Source: Kudoa neothunni
Taxonomy: Eukaryota > Animalia > Cnidaria
Reading direction: 5' to 3'
Assembly (NCBI GenBank): GCA_964304625.1
Contig: OZ199839.1
Location: 3,648,724-3,712,723 of the forward strand
Length of the DNA stretch: 64,000 nt
Shown here: in pieces, positions 52,691 to 64,000 of the stretch
How the letters are laid out: each line of letters starts with the position of its first letter
Numbering within the stretch: the first letter of the stretch is position 1
Program-made: the position numbers and the translations under genes
The notes under the pieces: model-generated
What the model was told of the DNA's origin: nothing
What the model saw: the letters and a program-made list of their open reading frames with translations, nothing else
The model's database searches: none

Positions 52691-53993
52691 GCTATAATAT
52701 TTTTCCTTTTAATTTAAATTAGTATATTATCCATCAATTTAAGTTTTCAGATAGCTTCAAATGAACAATCTATTGCGTAAGCTTCTACATGATGTGTGTG
52801 TAATAAAAATTACTTAATAATAATAATATTCAATTTAACATTTTTATCCAGACATTTATTAAATAATTCATTTAAACATAAAGTATTCTATAAATATTGA
52901 TAACATAACTTTGATTGTAAATTTGTTTTATTTTCGTATTATATTTATTTCGTATACAAAAATAGCCGTTAAAGTTTTTATAAATACATTTCAAAAATTA
53001 GTTATTTCCATTATTTTAAAATAATTATTCTCAATAATTCTCATATTATATTTATTATAATAAATTCTGGAAAATTATATATGGAATATATTTCTTTATA
53101 AATATGCTAAACGGAATTTTAAATTTTTTTGTATGAACTAAAATCAGTAAAGCATTAAATTTTTCCGGTAAAGGTTGAATTAGGGTGTAAAATTATACTC
53201 ATTTTGGAATGACACTTTTATTTGTTGATAAAATGTAACAAAATCACCTAATTCTCAGATGTTTAAATATAATATCGTAAAATAATTATAGCTAAACTCA
53301 ATCATTACATGTTTAATAGAATGGCGAGAGATCAAATTGATATAAGTGAAGTTGTTAAATCATTTCTAAGTTTACATTAACTCAAAGTTAAATTTAATGC
53401 AATGATTATTTCCGACAAATTTTAAACAAATAAAATTATTTTCAGTCTAATTAAATTACAAATGCAGTATACAATCAAAAATAATTAAAATTTATTCTGC
53501 CAGACTTAAACCTTCAATTTAAAATAAAATTTTAATGTTATTAGGATTAATTTAATAATATTTAATGTATAAAATATTATCTAGAATAAATTTAAATCCA
53601 TATATATTATTTAATTCTAATTTGTCAGAATTATCATTGAATTCTTACTGATAATTAAACTAATTACTTTAATTATCGGTTATGCTTGGCTCTGTTTGAG
53701 AATGGAAATATTTAGTTATTTCATATAGGTGAAACGTTTATTTCAATTAGAAACATGGTCGTACGTCTGATTTGACACTGGAAAATTTAATCTAAAAATC
53801 TCCTTCCCAATAGTTTATTAAAATTGATTTTTCGGCATTATTAAAAGAATAATAAATAACAAATTATACATCGTCTCATTTTTTAAGTCACTAAACTGGT
53901 TGGTAATTATAAATAAGAATATCAGCAATAATTCATGGACTACGTCAATTTTTTAATGTTGAAAACCTCTTAAAAATGCAATCTCTAGAAATA

Positions 53994-55641
53994 CAGTCGT
54001 GTCTCGATATTGCGTAATAGCCCAATATCTCGTTAATTTGTTAATTGATTATAAATTTGGATACTGCTAAGTAATAATTACATTATTATTTCGTAAAATA
54101 TGTGTAAAAATATTTATAAATACAAGAATTAATATGAAATTGCTCAGTATTGTGAAGTAATTTAGTATCGCGTAGCAATTCTAAGACTCGGAAACCTTGT
54201 TTTGATTCGACATTGCGTAGTAAATTTGACCATGCCAAAGATGCAACAAGATTTTGACGAGAAATTTAAAGTTACTAGTTTTAATGATTCAGTTAAATCA
54301 ATGAAGAGTTCAGAAATGTGATCTTAATAATAGAATAATTATGTCTTGGTAACAAATACATTATAAATAAAAAGAACATTCAACCCTCGGTAGAATCATT
54401 TAGATAAAACAAAAACTTTACAGCTACAGTAGGTCACGACTGATTTTTCGCACTTTTTTACGCGCGCACCACAGGGAAAAATTAAGTTTGTCCCTACAAA
54501 TTTATACAAAGATATTATTCTATCCTCATTTTGTTAAAATTATATTACTAAATAATATATTACATTTAGCTTATAGTAGAATTAAGGGCCCTTATGAACC
54601 AATCTAAATGATAGGATTTGCGACATGTACATTAAGAACAAAAGAATTCTTGTCAATACGTTTACATTGATGATTATTAATATGGATACATCTATTAAAA
54701 TTAGAATTATTATATTATTGTAATTCTCGTATTTCTCTTGGCGTAGAATACCTTCAGTAAATACACGAAATAACGTGATAAAATAGCCAGTAGATGTTTG
54801 TAAATGGAATTTGTACCCATGTGGAAGTCAAAATTATCGTAAAGCAATATGTACGTTTATCAAAGATAACAGAATTTGATTATTAAAAACAGTTTTAAGG
54901 AGAATGAGATAGAAAATATATATACATTATATAAATTTGCCATCCAACTAAAGGAAATTTATGTTTATCGCATGTTCATCAGAGCAAAAATCGGATTAGA
55001 AGCTAAAAAATGTGCGAAAAATCGGTTTATCCTCTTTTCGTCGGAAAACAGGAATAAAAACGTTTTACTGATTCAGAATTTCATAAATATTATAACAAAG
55101 GGGAGTTATAATGAGTCCTTGAAAATTAGAACGTTTCTAAAACGTTTATTGTAAGATTTCAAAAAATGCGAAAAATCGGTCAACTACTGTACAGCATTTC
55201 TAACAAATGAAAACGTGAATAAAGTAGAGACTTTATTAATGGGCTAATTTAATAGAGGGCCATGCGCCAGTATCTCTGATAATAAGTGTCAAACTGTCAA
55301 CATCTAAAATTAAGGATGCCTTAAGAACTCTTAGACAAACCTTTACAAGCCATGATCCAGAAGTCCATGTGATTTACATCCTGTTATGGATCGAAAATCA
55401 GCTATTTGAAAAGAAAGAGAACAGCAGATTAAAATGGCGGTAACTTTCTCTAAAGGTAAAATGAATACTAGAAAAACCTTAATTTCATTCTATAAATGAA
55501 TTTATGTTCAAAAAAGAGCCAATAAATGGTATAATCTATTTTTATAATGCGCAAGCGCGACACTAGATATCGCGTACTCATTTTGTATTGCGTGGTAAGT
55601 TGGCGGTACCCAATTTACTACACAACACCGAGGAACGACTA
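53994..55641. mobile_element. TA-flanked pogo/Tigger-like non-autonomous element (host of a nested element)
   Basis: TA|cagtcgtgtctcgatattgcgtaa versus ctacacaacaccgaggaacgacta|TA, with internal repeats of the attgcgtag core. Confidence 0.6.
54427..55189. mobile_element. TA-flanked Tc1/mariner-type MITE nested in the previous element
   Basis: TA|cagtaggtcacgactgatttttcgcactttt ... aaaaaatgcgaaaaatcggtcaactactg|TA, with an internal copy of the TIR core near 55010. Confidence 0.75.
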
Positions 55642-55736
55642 TATTTTGTCATAAAAATGATCGCGTCATATAATAAACAAGAGTCACCATCCTACGGCCG
55701 CCGGGCTAAATCCTGCCCGCGATGTCCTCATTAACA

Positions 55737-56630
55737 CAGGGCCGCCAGAGTTTGCGGTTTTTTGTGGTAACATTGGGTTCTTTGGAGTTTTTTTCATTTT
55801 TTATGAAAACCTGTAATCATTGAATAATAACACAAAATTTCATATATAGGACATTAATATTTATATTTTTTATTACGTATCCTACTCAGATCATACCATG
55901 TAGGGTTTATACATTTACGATGTTGGACGGCAGCCTATAACAGGGGTGGCCAAACCGCGGCTCGCGAACCGCATGTAGCTCTTGGAAGCTGAAATGCGGC
56001 TTTTGAAAACTTTAGACATAACTTATCGTTTCGTTAAATTTTGCGCATATAATTATTTAGATATTTTGATAATCATAGGATCATGCAGTTTTCCCGAATA
56101 AAAACTAAAAACGCGTGAATTTAATATTAATTCATTATAAATAAAAACTTTTAGAGAAAATATAAAGATAATAAAAAATCCTGAAATTTAATCTTTACTC
56201 CTAGTGGTTCCGAAAAATTTGAATTTCATTAAATACGGTTTCTATTTTAAGCAAGTCTAGCCACCCCTGGCCTATTAAACTGTTTAGTGTGATACGATTA
56301 TATAATTACCCAGTAAATATTGGCGTTCATCATTAGAAAATTTAGGCGTTATTTTAAAATATATCTTGAATTATGAAGTAACTAATTGTGAATATATTGA
56401 TCTATATTAGGCATTAAATATGAGAAAATGTTCGCGAAAAATAATTGTAATAATAAGACGATAAATTTACATTCAATGTCTGAAGACGTAATTATTGAAT
56501 CGGAAGAAGATTAGAAACTTTAATATATATGATTATATTTATTTTGTACTTAAAACCAGCGGTTTCCTCGACCTTGGATTTTTCGACCGTTCATCCCTGG
56601 AGTTTTGTTAAACCAACGCTGGCAGCCCTG
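55737..56630. mobile_element. TIR element (CAGGGYYGCCAG ends, hAT-like) containing a nested MITE
   Basis: CAGGGCCGCCAGAGTT / AACGCTGGCAGCCCTG. The flanks cattaaca/tgctaaca match only partly. Confidence 0.6.
55941..56269. mobile_element. hAT (Charlie-type) MITE
   Basis: TIRs CAGGGGTGGCCAAAC / GTCTAGCCACCCCTG and TSD gcctataa/gcctatta. Confidence 0.85.
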
Positions 56631-57695
56631 TGCTAACATTCCAATGCGCTCGCACGAAATTGTGTTGATTTATTTAAAGACTATCAATACATTATTTTAG
56701 TAGATGAGTGTTGATTAAAAATTCTCATTTAATTCCCTTATTATTTTTATTTTATTTTAATTGAAACAAAAGATAAAATCGATCCACTAATATGGCAAGT
56801 TCCTAAATGTAAAATGTACAAATCGATAAGACATATGTTTTAATGTTTACATGATTCCGGTGCTTCTAACAGTTTAAAATTCCTAATTATTTAAACTTTA
56901 TCAATTAAATTGATTAGCTCTGATTTATAATCTGGTTGAGTTTAATTGATTTGATACTAGAAATTTTAAATCATAAGGCAATAATCACCGTTCATTAGAT
57001 ATTATTCAACATTATATACGGTGTTTTACAAAGTTATGCACTAATCTTAAAATTGTGGTTAATAAAGAAATAATAACAAATTTAAAATTCAATAAATGAA
57101 CACCTTATCATTTACACAACTTAAATATATAATCAAATTAATAAACAATGAATTTTATGTTTGAAAAAATTGTAATTCTTAATTACAACTATACAAATAA
57201 CAAACTTTCTGAATTTTTTGAATTATACAATAGACAATCAACAGTTCGTAATCCCATTGGGGGCCTCAACAATGAAATATATTAAATCCTGCCAATGGAA
57301 TCAATTTCCTGTTCCACATTCACATTCAAATTCATTATTTTTTATATTTATATTGGTTTCGTTTCATTTTTGTGACTGCTTTTCAAAAAAAATTTTAATC
57401 CGGCCCTCGAAGCTTATGAAAATCAAAAATTTGACCCGCCAATTGAAAACTTTGGTGACCCCTGTAATAAAATACCCTCGCTCATGTGTTACTTCTAGAG
57501 CATGGTAACAGCCCTCGATTCTTGCCTTTTACACGTAACTTAAGATTAGTATAATTGTCAAAAATTTCAAACAAAAATTTTATATCATTTAGATTTGTCA
57601 CAATTCAAGTAGTTAGCTTAGTCCTTTATAAATGGACGTAATTTTTAATTATATTAGTTTATAATTGAACAAAATAATTCTGTCATAATTTGTTC

Positions 57696-58733
57696 GGCAC
57701 CGGTGGCGAAGTGTGGGTCCGAATTAAGGGGATTAAGAGATAACACAGTTTTTTAATCTATAAAAATGAATTTCAACTTGATTTCATCAACAACACGATC
57801 AGAAGAGACTAATTTTGTATTTTTGAAAAATTAAAATATTTTAAGAACGAACCAGCCATTGTGAAAAAATTATGGGAGCTCGATGAGCATTATAAAATAC
57901 CGTAACTCCAAAATATACAGAAACCTTTCACACAAAAGAAAATTTATCCAAAGAAGCGAATATTTCTTGTAAACTAAAATTTGAGTTTTCAAGAATCTAT
58001 CAATATATGGCGCGCTTAAAGTATCTAACGGCCAATTTTTAAAGTTGTTGAAGAGTTTATGTTAAACAAAAAAACCATTATTCAATTGTATCAATATTTT
58101 AGCGATGTTCGCGCATGAACTTTGATAAAAAATGACAATAAGATTGGTGGATCTGAGCATATTATTAAAATTTACGAGTTTGATGACAAAAGCAAAAAAT
58201 GGGGTCCGATAGGTTACTTAAACAAAGATGGGGTTTTGGAGGGTACAACGTAAATGAAAAAAAGAGGTAAATTGGTTTTACTGGAAGGCTGAATTGAACA
58301 TACTATTCTATATAACGTAGGAAGGTTTATAAACCCAGGAAATATAGTTCATTCTGACCAACGTCCATCAAATAAACAGATTCGGGAAATTCCTGCGGAT
58401 TCTTCCAGTTAACATGTGAGAGTAAATCAAATTAAAAATGTTAAATAGCCAAGAATTGGTATTCATACACATTACATTGAATGTTGTTGGAAGAATTGCA
58501 TAAGGAAATTCATAAGAATAGTTGGTGTAAAAATTTCTACTTTTACCAGCCATCATGATGAATTCATATGACGAGATTTGTACGCTTATGGTGACGTGCC
58601 AGCATTGAATAATATTTTACATTAAATTTCATTAGGATATCCTCTGTAGTGTTTTATTTTTTATTTTTTGCGTAAATTGAGGATTAATGGCGAAATACGG
58701 ATTAAGCACGGTCCACACTCCCCCACCAGTGCC
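57696..58733 (+). mobile_element. Merlin (IS1595/ISXO2-like) transposon relic
   Basis: GG-starting TIRs ggcaccggtggcgaagtgtgg / ccacactcccccaccagtgcc and degenerate 8-bp TSD atttgttc/atctgatc. Broken ORF KIGGSEHII...QRWGFGG...FINPGNIVHSD...HDEFI*R resembles Merlin KIGGPGxIVEIDE..WVFGG..PGTxIxSD..LDEFxWR. Confidence 0.8.
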
Positions 58734-59138
58734 ATCTGATCCTATTTTTCAAACGTAACACAACATTCACACATCCAAACATTAAAATATTTAAATAACC
58801 AATAGAAAATTAACAAAAAATACAATCCCGAACTTCTTATGAAAATAGAAAAAATATTATTTTAACTGAGAGCTAGTTTTTTAGAGAAAAGTTTTATTAG
58901 GTTTTAGCATCAGCTACGAACCACTTGATAATATTTAGCAGCTTACACCACAAGCTACAAACAGCTAAATTTGAAACAAATTCTTGCCGAAATTGTAAGA
59001 AAATTACTGGCACAATAAAAAAATATTAATAATTTTTCTAATTATGAAATTATTATTTTCAACCAAAACTTTTCTTATATTCAACTACATCATGCGCGAG
59101 TTGCAATCCTTAATCATCCTCAATACGCATTCTTTTCA

Positions 59139-60651
59139 ATGAACCCCACTGAAACAGATTGTAAATCTATGTTTAATAACAATCAGTGCTTTTTGAAAAA
59201 TTTTAGTTGGTAAAAATGTTAAAGGAAGTTCATCCACTCCATTAAATAATAACAACAATAATGATGTTCGTTTTGTGTATTCGGAAACATCTCCGATGGG
59301 AGGTAAACCCACGTTTAACATGAATGCACCAGGAGGCTATCCAACATTTGGTACGGTACAGCCAGAATACAATCCTAAATATCAACCTCCGATGGCTGGG
59401 CCCCAAATATTCCAGCCCCAAATCGATTCAACCCTTTCGGCAGCTTCAATGAACTATCCGACTTCGAGCACCCAAAACCACCCAGAACCTGCTCCAATTT
59501 TTGGAATTTCAGGCAACCAACCACAAACCCCAAATATGTCCAGTCTAATAAACAATCCATTCGCTAGTTATGCCTTGAACTACACGGCTTTCCTGGCTAA
59601 AGAAGGCACACAGAAAGTATCTCACTCCCAGTCAATCTTGATATCAATATTCCATTTGATATTTCATTGTAGTTTAATGCGTCATCTGGTTGTTTGGATA
59701 GGTTGAAACGATATTTCGACGTGGACAATCGTTATGTTCTTAAAAAGTTGTTGATAATTTTATTCCCATTTATGCATCGTGTAATTAATTGATGTGTAAT
59801 GTGAACTTGCTGACAATTCCAATTTCATAGGATTGGTCAAGTGGATCCATTTCGGATGGTGGTTTACCTAATGAAATAACTCCTAGGAAAAATGTTAACT
59901 TTCCAGATCTCTATATTCCATGTAATGTTAGTTGTGATTGCAACAAAAAAAGTAAAAATTTGTTATTTAGTGATGGCATTTTGGACCAGTATGGTTTTAT
60001 ATGCTTCAGTTTTGGGCTATAAAAACATGTATTAGCCGATTGGGATAGAATTTTGTTTAAAATTTTTAATGCATGTATGTGTTAGGTTTCAACCTGCCCT
60101 TCTAAGCATATACATAAGTTCGTGTTGTGGAATGTTCATCATCGAACTATTGTTTTTTACAGCGGTATTCTATTTGAGTGGTTTTTACGAGCGATATTCA
60201 TTGTTACAAATGATGGCTCTTTGTGGATATAAATATGTGGCGTAAGTTTTATTTTTTTTTATTTTATAGAATTTTGCCGTTACATAAATTTAATGAAAAG
60301 TAATTCTTCTTTTGTAGGGTTGTTGAAGGTATATTAGCCTATTTTGTGATTGGAAATTGGAATTTTTTCTTTCTGCTCTATGTTTCGTTGATGTTTGTGT
60401 TATTTATTGTAAGTTTACAATTGGCTCAGTTGGTTGTATTATTTGTTTGATGTGTTTAGTGTAAAAATTCCAGATTGCTTTTGATGCCAAGCTACATAAC
60501 TGATAATAGTTATGGAGCCTATCAGCATTATTCACACAATCAACACCAAACTGGCAACTCCAAACGACTGGCCATCCTTAGCATTATTGGCATTCTTCAG
60601 CCGCTTCAAATTTACTACTCTGTTCATAAGGTTTCCTCTATCATGGGATAG
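59139..60651 (+). CDS. YIF1: YIF1 (Yip1-interacting factor) ER-Golgi membrane protein, multi-exon
   Basis: LKRYFDVDNRYVLKKLLIILFPFMHRDW, VNFPDLYIP|LMAF, ALCGYKYV, hydrophobic C-terminal helices, and TAG at 60649-60651. Confidence 0.93.
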
Positions 60652-63489
60652 TGGGAAGGGATTTTTAGTTGTATCTCTATCTTCACATTTGATTGAAATT
60701 ATTTTGCAATTAATTATTGCATCTTTCTAAAATTTTTGCGCATAATAATTCCTTTTAACTTTTATTCATATTATCAATAAAATATTTTTCACAAATAATT
60801 TTTCTGCGATTTAAAGGATTACCTATATCGATATCGATCGGCTGGTAACTAGGAAACGCTGAGATTAATTTGTTAACTTTATCTATTTCTAATTGAATCT
60901 TGATGTTCGTTCTATAATTTTTATTTTAATTCAGTGTTAAAATCGTAAATTGTTCTTCAAATAATGTGTGGTTCGGGTTGTCTGTTGAGAATTTTTGCTT
61001 TTAAAGTTTTCTTGGGTCAAAGAGAGAATTTAAATTGATGGTGCGAAAACGTACTTCCAACGACATTCGACTGGTCGGAACGTTTCTAATTTTGTGTAGA
61101 TAATAATATTGATTTTTAATGCCAGATTAGCCAGATGAGCGGAGGCCATTGGCACGGAAAATTTTAACCCCAGCAACTAAACTCACAAGTTGTATAAAGA
61201 TTTAATTTGTTAGAATATGTTATATTTAATTACTTCTGGTCCTAATAACGATACAGCGAGTCAGAATTAAATAGAGTCAAAACTAGAAATTCCTAAATAT
61301 CTTTACGGTACCAATAGCCCCTTCCTTATTATAATTGAGTGATTTTTTAAAACAAGCGTATTGTAGGGGTTTCCAAGCTATTTTGTCATGTGCTTATAAA
61401 TAGTCGAATTCATAGGAAATTTTCGTAATTGTAAGCGTATAACTAAAATAGTGAAAATGATCAATAATTCTTCGAAATGTTTAATTATGAAATAACATTA
61501 AATAATAGTTACAAGTAGCGAGTGTCTTAAAGTCAAAAAAATAAACAAGTTTCTAATGCATTAAAATTCATTTAAAGGCGAAAATTGTCGACTCAGTACG
61601 AGTGTTAACAATATCATTTCAACTAATGGAAGAGTCGTGTATTTAGGGGACAATCAAGACAGGGAACAAAGTTTTTAAATTTAATTTATGGAGTATTTAG
61701 AACTATTTCATTTTCTTGGTATCGAAATGAAATTTATTTTATTATTTTTAGTATTGCATTCATGAACTTAAGTTAACTTTGACGAAAAAGTTTGACAAAG
61801 TGACGAAGCAGCTTAGTTAATTCTATAATTTAAAATGTCTTTATATTTAATTTTTTTATTCTTCCGCTAACAATCGTAGAACTTATGGAAAATATAAGCG
61901 AGAACAGAAATGATTCCGAGAGATTTATTAGTCGAATAAAAATTGAAGCTCAGTAATAAGATCATTGTGAGCTGCTTAGGTGTTTTTAAAATATAGCATC
62001 AACACCAACTCCATATAAATTTACTAAATACTCGTAAATGGGGTTGAAAATAACCATCAAACATAAATATTATCTCAAAAATCGATTTATATTAGGTATA
62101 AAAATTATTGTACATATGATAATTTGTAAATTTCACTTATACAATACCTCTCAAATATACATATGAATTTCTTTCCAAGATTTATTATAATAATTTTAAA
62201 ATGCATGTCTAACAAGATTACCTATTTATTATGAAAGCATCCGAGTGTTTCAAAAGCAGGCCTGGAGAAAATTCTGGGAGATCTTTTCGAACTAATATTT
62301 CTATCTAAAAAATGTCGTATTCACTGATTCTCGAAACAATAAACCTTCTATGGATCGCCCTATGGCGCTCACGATTTGGATTACCTTAGGCTCTTGAGCC
62401 CCGGGATCATAGAATATCAATCATATGATTATGAATTTTAGAAACAATATTCCCATTACTTAAGTCAGCAGCCGAACTTTCATCTAATGCATTTTTATTG
62501 TCTAAGAAATCGTTAATTTTATCAGATGTTATACTTTCGTAGACCGGTGACATTTTGATCATTCCAAACGAATAAGCTCTAAATCGAACTAACACAACCG
62601 GAATTCATATTTTTAATTTAACAATACAATAGGTTTTTCACGGCGTATTTAAATTGATTAAAATCAAATAATATAATTTTAAAAAATTGAACTAAAACAA
62701 AAGTAAGATACATTTTATGAATATGAGTATACGTGAAATTTGGGCCTAAAAATTCGAGTCAACAAATTTTAGCTGCATTTAATGCATAGGTAAACTCATG
62801 GAGCCCAGGGCGGTCATAAAAGGTTCAGTTTACGATGGTTTAATTCGATAATCACGATCGTAACTTTTCTAACAAGGATCCATATTATCTGTTATTGATG
62901 AGGTGTTGACATTAGTCCATTATAAATAAATTTAAATTATGAGATTGCTTAACTAATCGATTATTTGTTGTATTATTATAATAATATTTTTTCTGTAATA
63001 GTAATAAATGAATTTATTATCATGACTCTATAAATTGTTATCTTTTGCCTAATAAAACGGTGGCATCGAGAAAAACATTAATGATTAATCCTTATATTTT
63101 TGTTTCTTGCATCGATGGCAGAAACGTTCGAAATATATACAGTAAACTCTCGACACTGCGTAACTCAGTATTGAGTAATTCGTTACAGTTTAGCGTATTT
63201 TTTGACAAATTTATCTTGATAAGGAAATAATAATATATGAGGGTTTCATTTTATATACGGTGTAAAAAAATTGGAAAAGAGGAAAAATAGAGGTTCTTGC
63301 TATTGCGTAGCTTAAATTGTTGACTTATATCGGTTTAATCTTCAATATGCTTCACAATACAACCGAAAATGACTCGTTATTCGAGAAATATGAAATATAA
63401 AATCAAAGTAAACAAACAATATACCGGGTTTTGCGCGCGTTAGTAAACAGTGAAAATGAAAATAATTGGACACGCAAAACACACGAATG

Positions 63490-64000
63490 AAACAGAAAAG
63501 AGTGATCAAACTGGTTATCAAACAGCGAAAATCATAAAAAGATGTTGCAGAAGATTTAGATGTTCCAAAATCAACCGTAAACGATATCGTTCAAAGATTT
63601 CTAGCAAGAGATTCTTGTAAAAATTTCCCGCAAGCTGGAACCCGAAGAGCTATTTTTAACGAAGAAATCAAGAGGAAATTGTTGGACTTGATTAACGATG
63701 ATTGAAAAATTATCATTAAATCTTAATACCGCGACTGCCTCAAGATGGTTGACATCCATGAAAATAACATTTAAAATGATAAGAACCGTACCACTGAGTA
63801 GAAATTCACATGATGCAAAGTTGGAGAGAAAAAAGTATGCTGAATGTTAATCAATGTTCTACTACCACAAGATACGAAAATCTTATTTTTGTGGATGAAA
63901 GTCCCTTTCCTCTCTTCATGTTAAGAAACCACCCCTAATGCAGTAGTTCCAAAAAGCCGAGGAAATAATGTCACAATGATATTGGCCATTAGCGGGAAAG
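63490..64000 (+). pseudogene. IS630/Tc1-like DDE transposase relic, truncated by the window end
   Basis: HTH S*KDVAEDLDVPKSTVNDIVQRF, ITFKMIRTVPLSRNS, NLIFVDESPF (first catalytic D), and PKSRGNNVTMILAIS, with several stops and frameshifts. Confidence 0.85.

Noticed and set aside
218-60651. Alternative genetic code or non-canonical splicing to explain fragmented ORFs
   Set aside because: The recognised genes reconstruct with short GT-AG introns and the standard code; only the Fox 5' junction remains unresolved.
62220-62825. Acidic minus-strand ORF 62407-62595 as a host gene or piggyBac N-terminus
   Set aside because: It may be a decayed piggyBac, but no matching second end or diagnostic motif could be established.

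Overview
Eukaryotic, very AT-rich genomic DNA with a standard genetic code, GT-AG introns of mostly about 35-70 nt, and gene islands separated by decayed DNA transposons. The gene set (Boule, RSU1, FoxO-like, myosin light chain, Kunitz proteins) indicates a divergent metazoan. A reduced parasite such as a myxozoan would fit, but the taxon is inference only. Splicing by hand gives 13 supportable genes: CRNKL1/crooked neck, RSU1-like LRR, Boule (RRM split by a 5.2 kb transposon-filled intron), MRPL32, a two-dsRBD protein, TSEN2, an LCLAT1-like acyltransferase, an EF-hand light chain, two tandem secreted five-domain Kunitz genes, a FoxO-like factor, a Cu-only SOD repeat protein and YIF1. There is also one weak orphan gene model. 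Mobile DNA includes hAT, piggyBac, Tc1/pogo-type MITEs, a Helitron, a Merlin relic and an IS630/Tc1 relic. Most notable observations: (1) the duplicated penta-Kunitz proteins, in which disulfides are lost in exact pairs and only the single canonical domain diverges rapidly; (2) a secreted SOD-repeat protein with only one copper-competent repeat; (3) a recurrent (G)CGCA element 8-13 nt before housekeeping start codons; (4) a FoxO-like protein without recognisable Akt sites. No rRNA, tRNA or CRISPR array was seen. All gene models are manual and not validated by transcripts.
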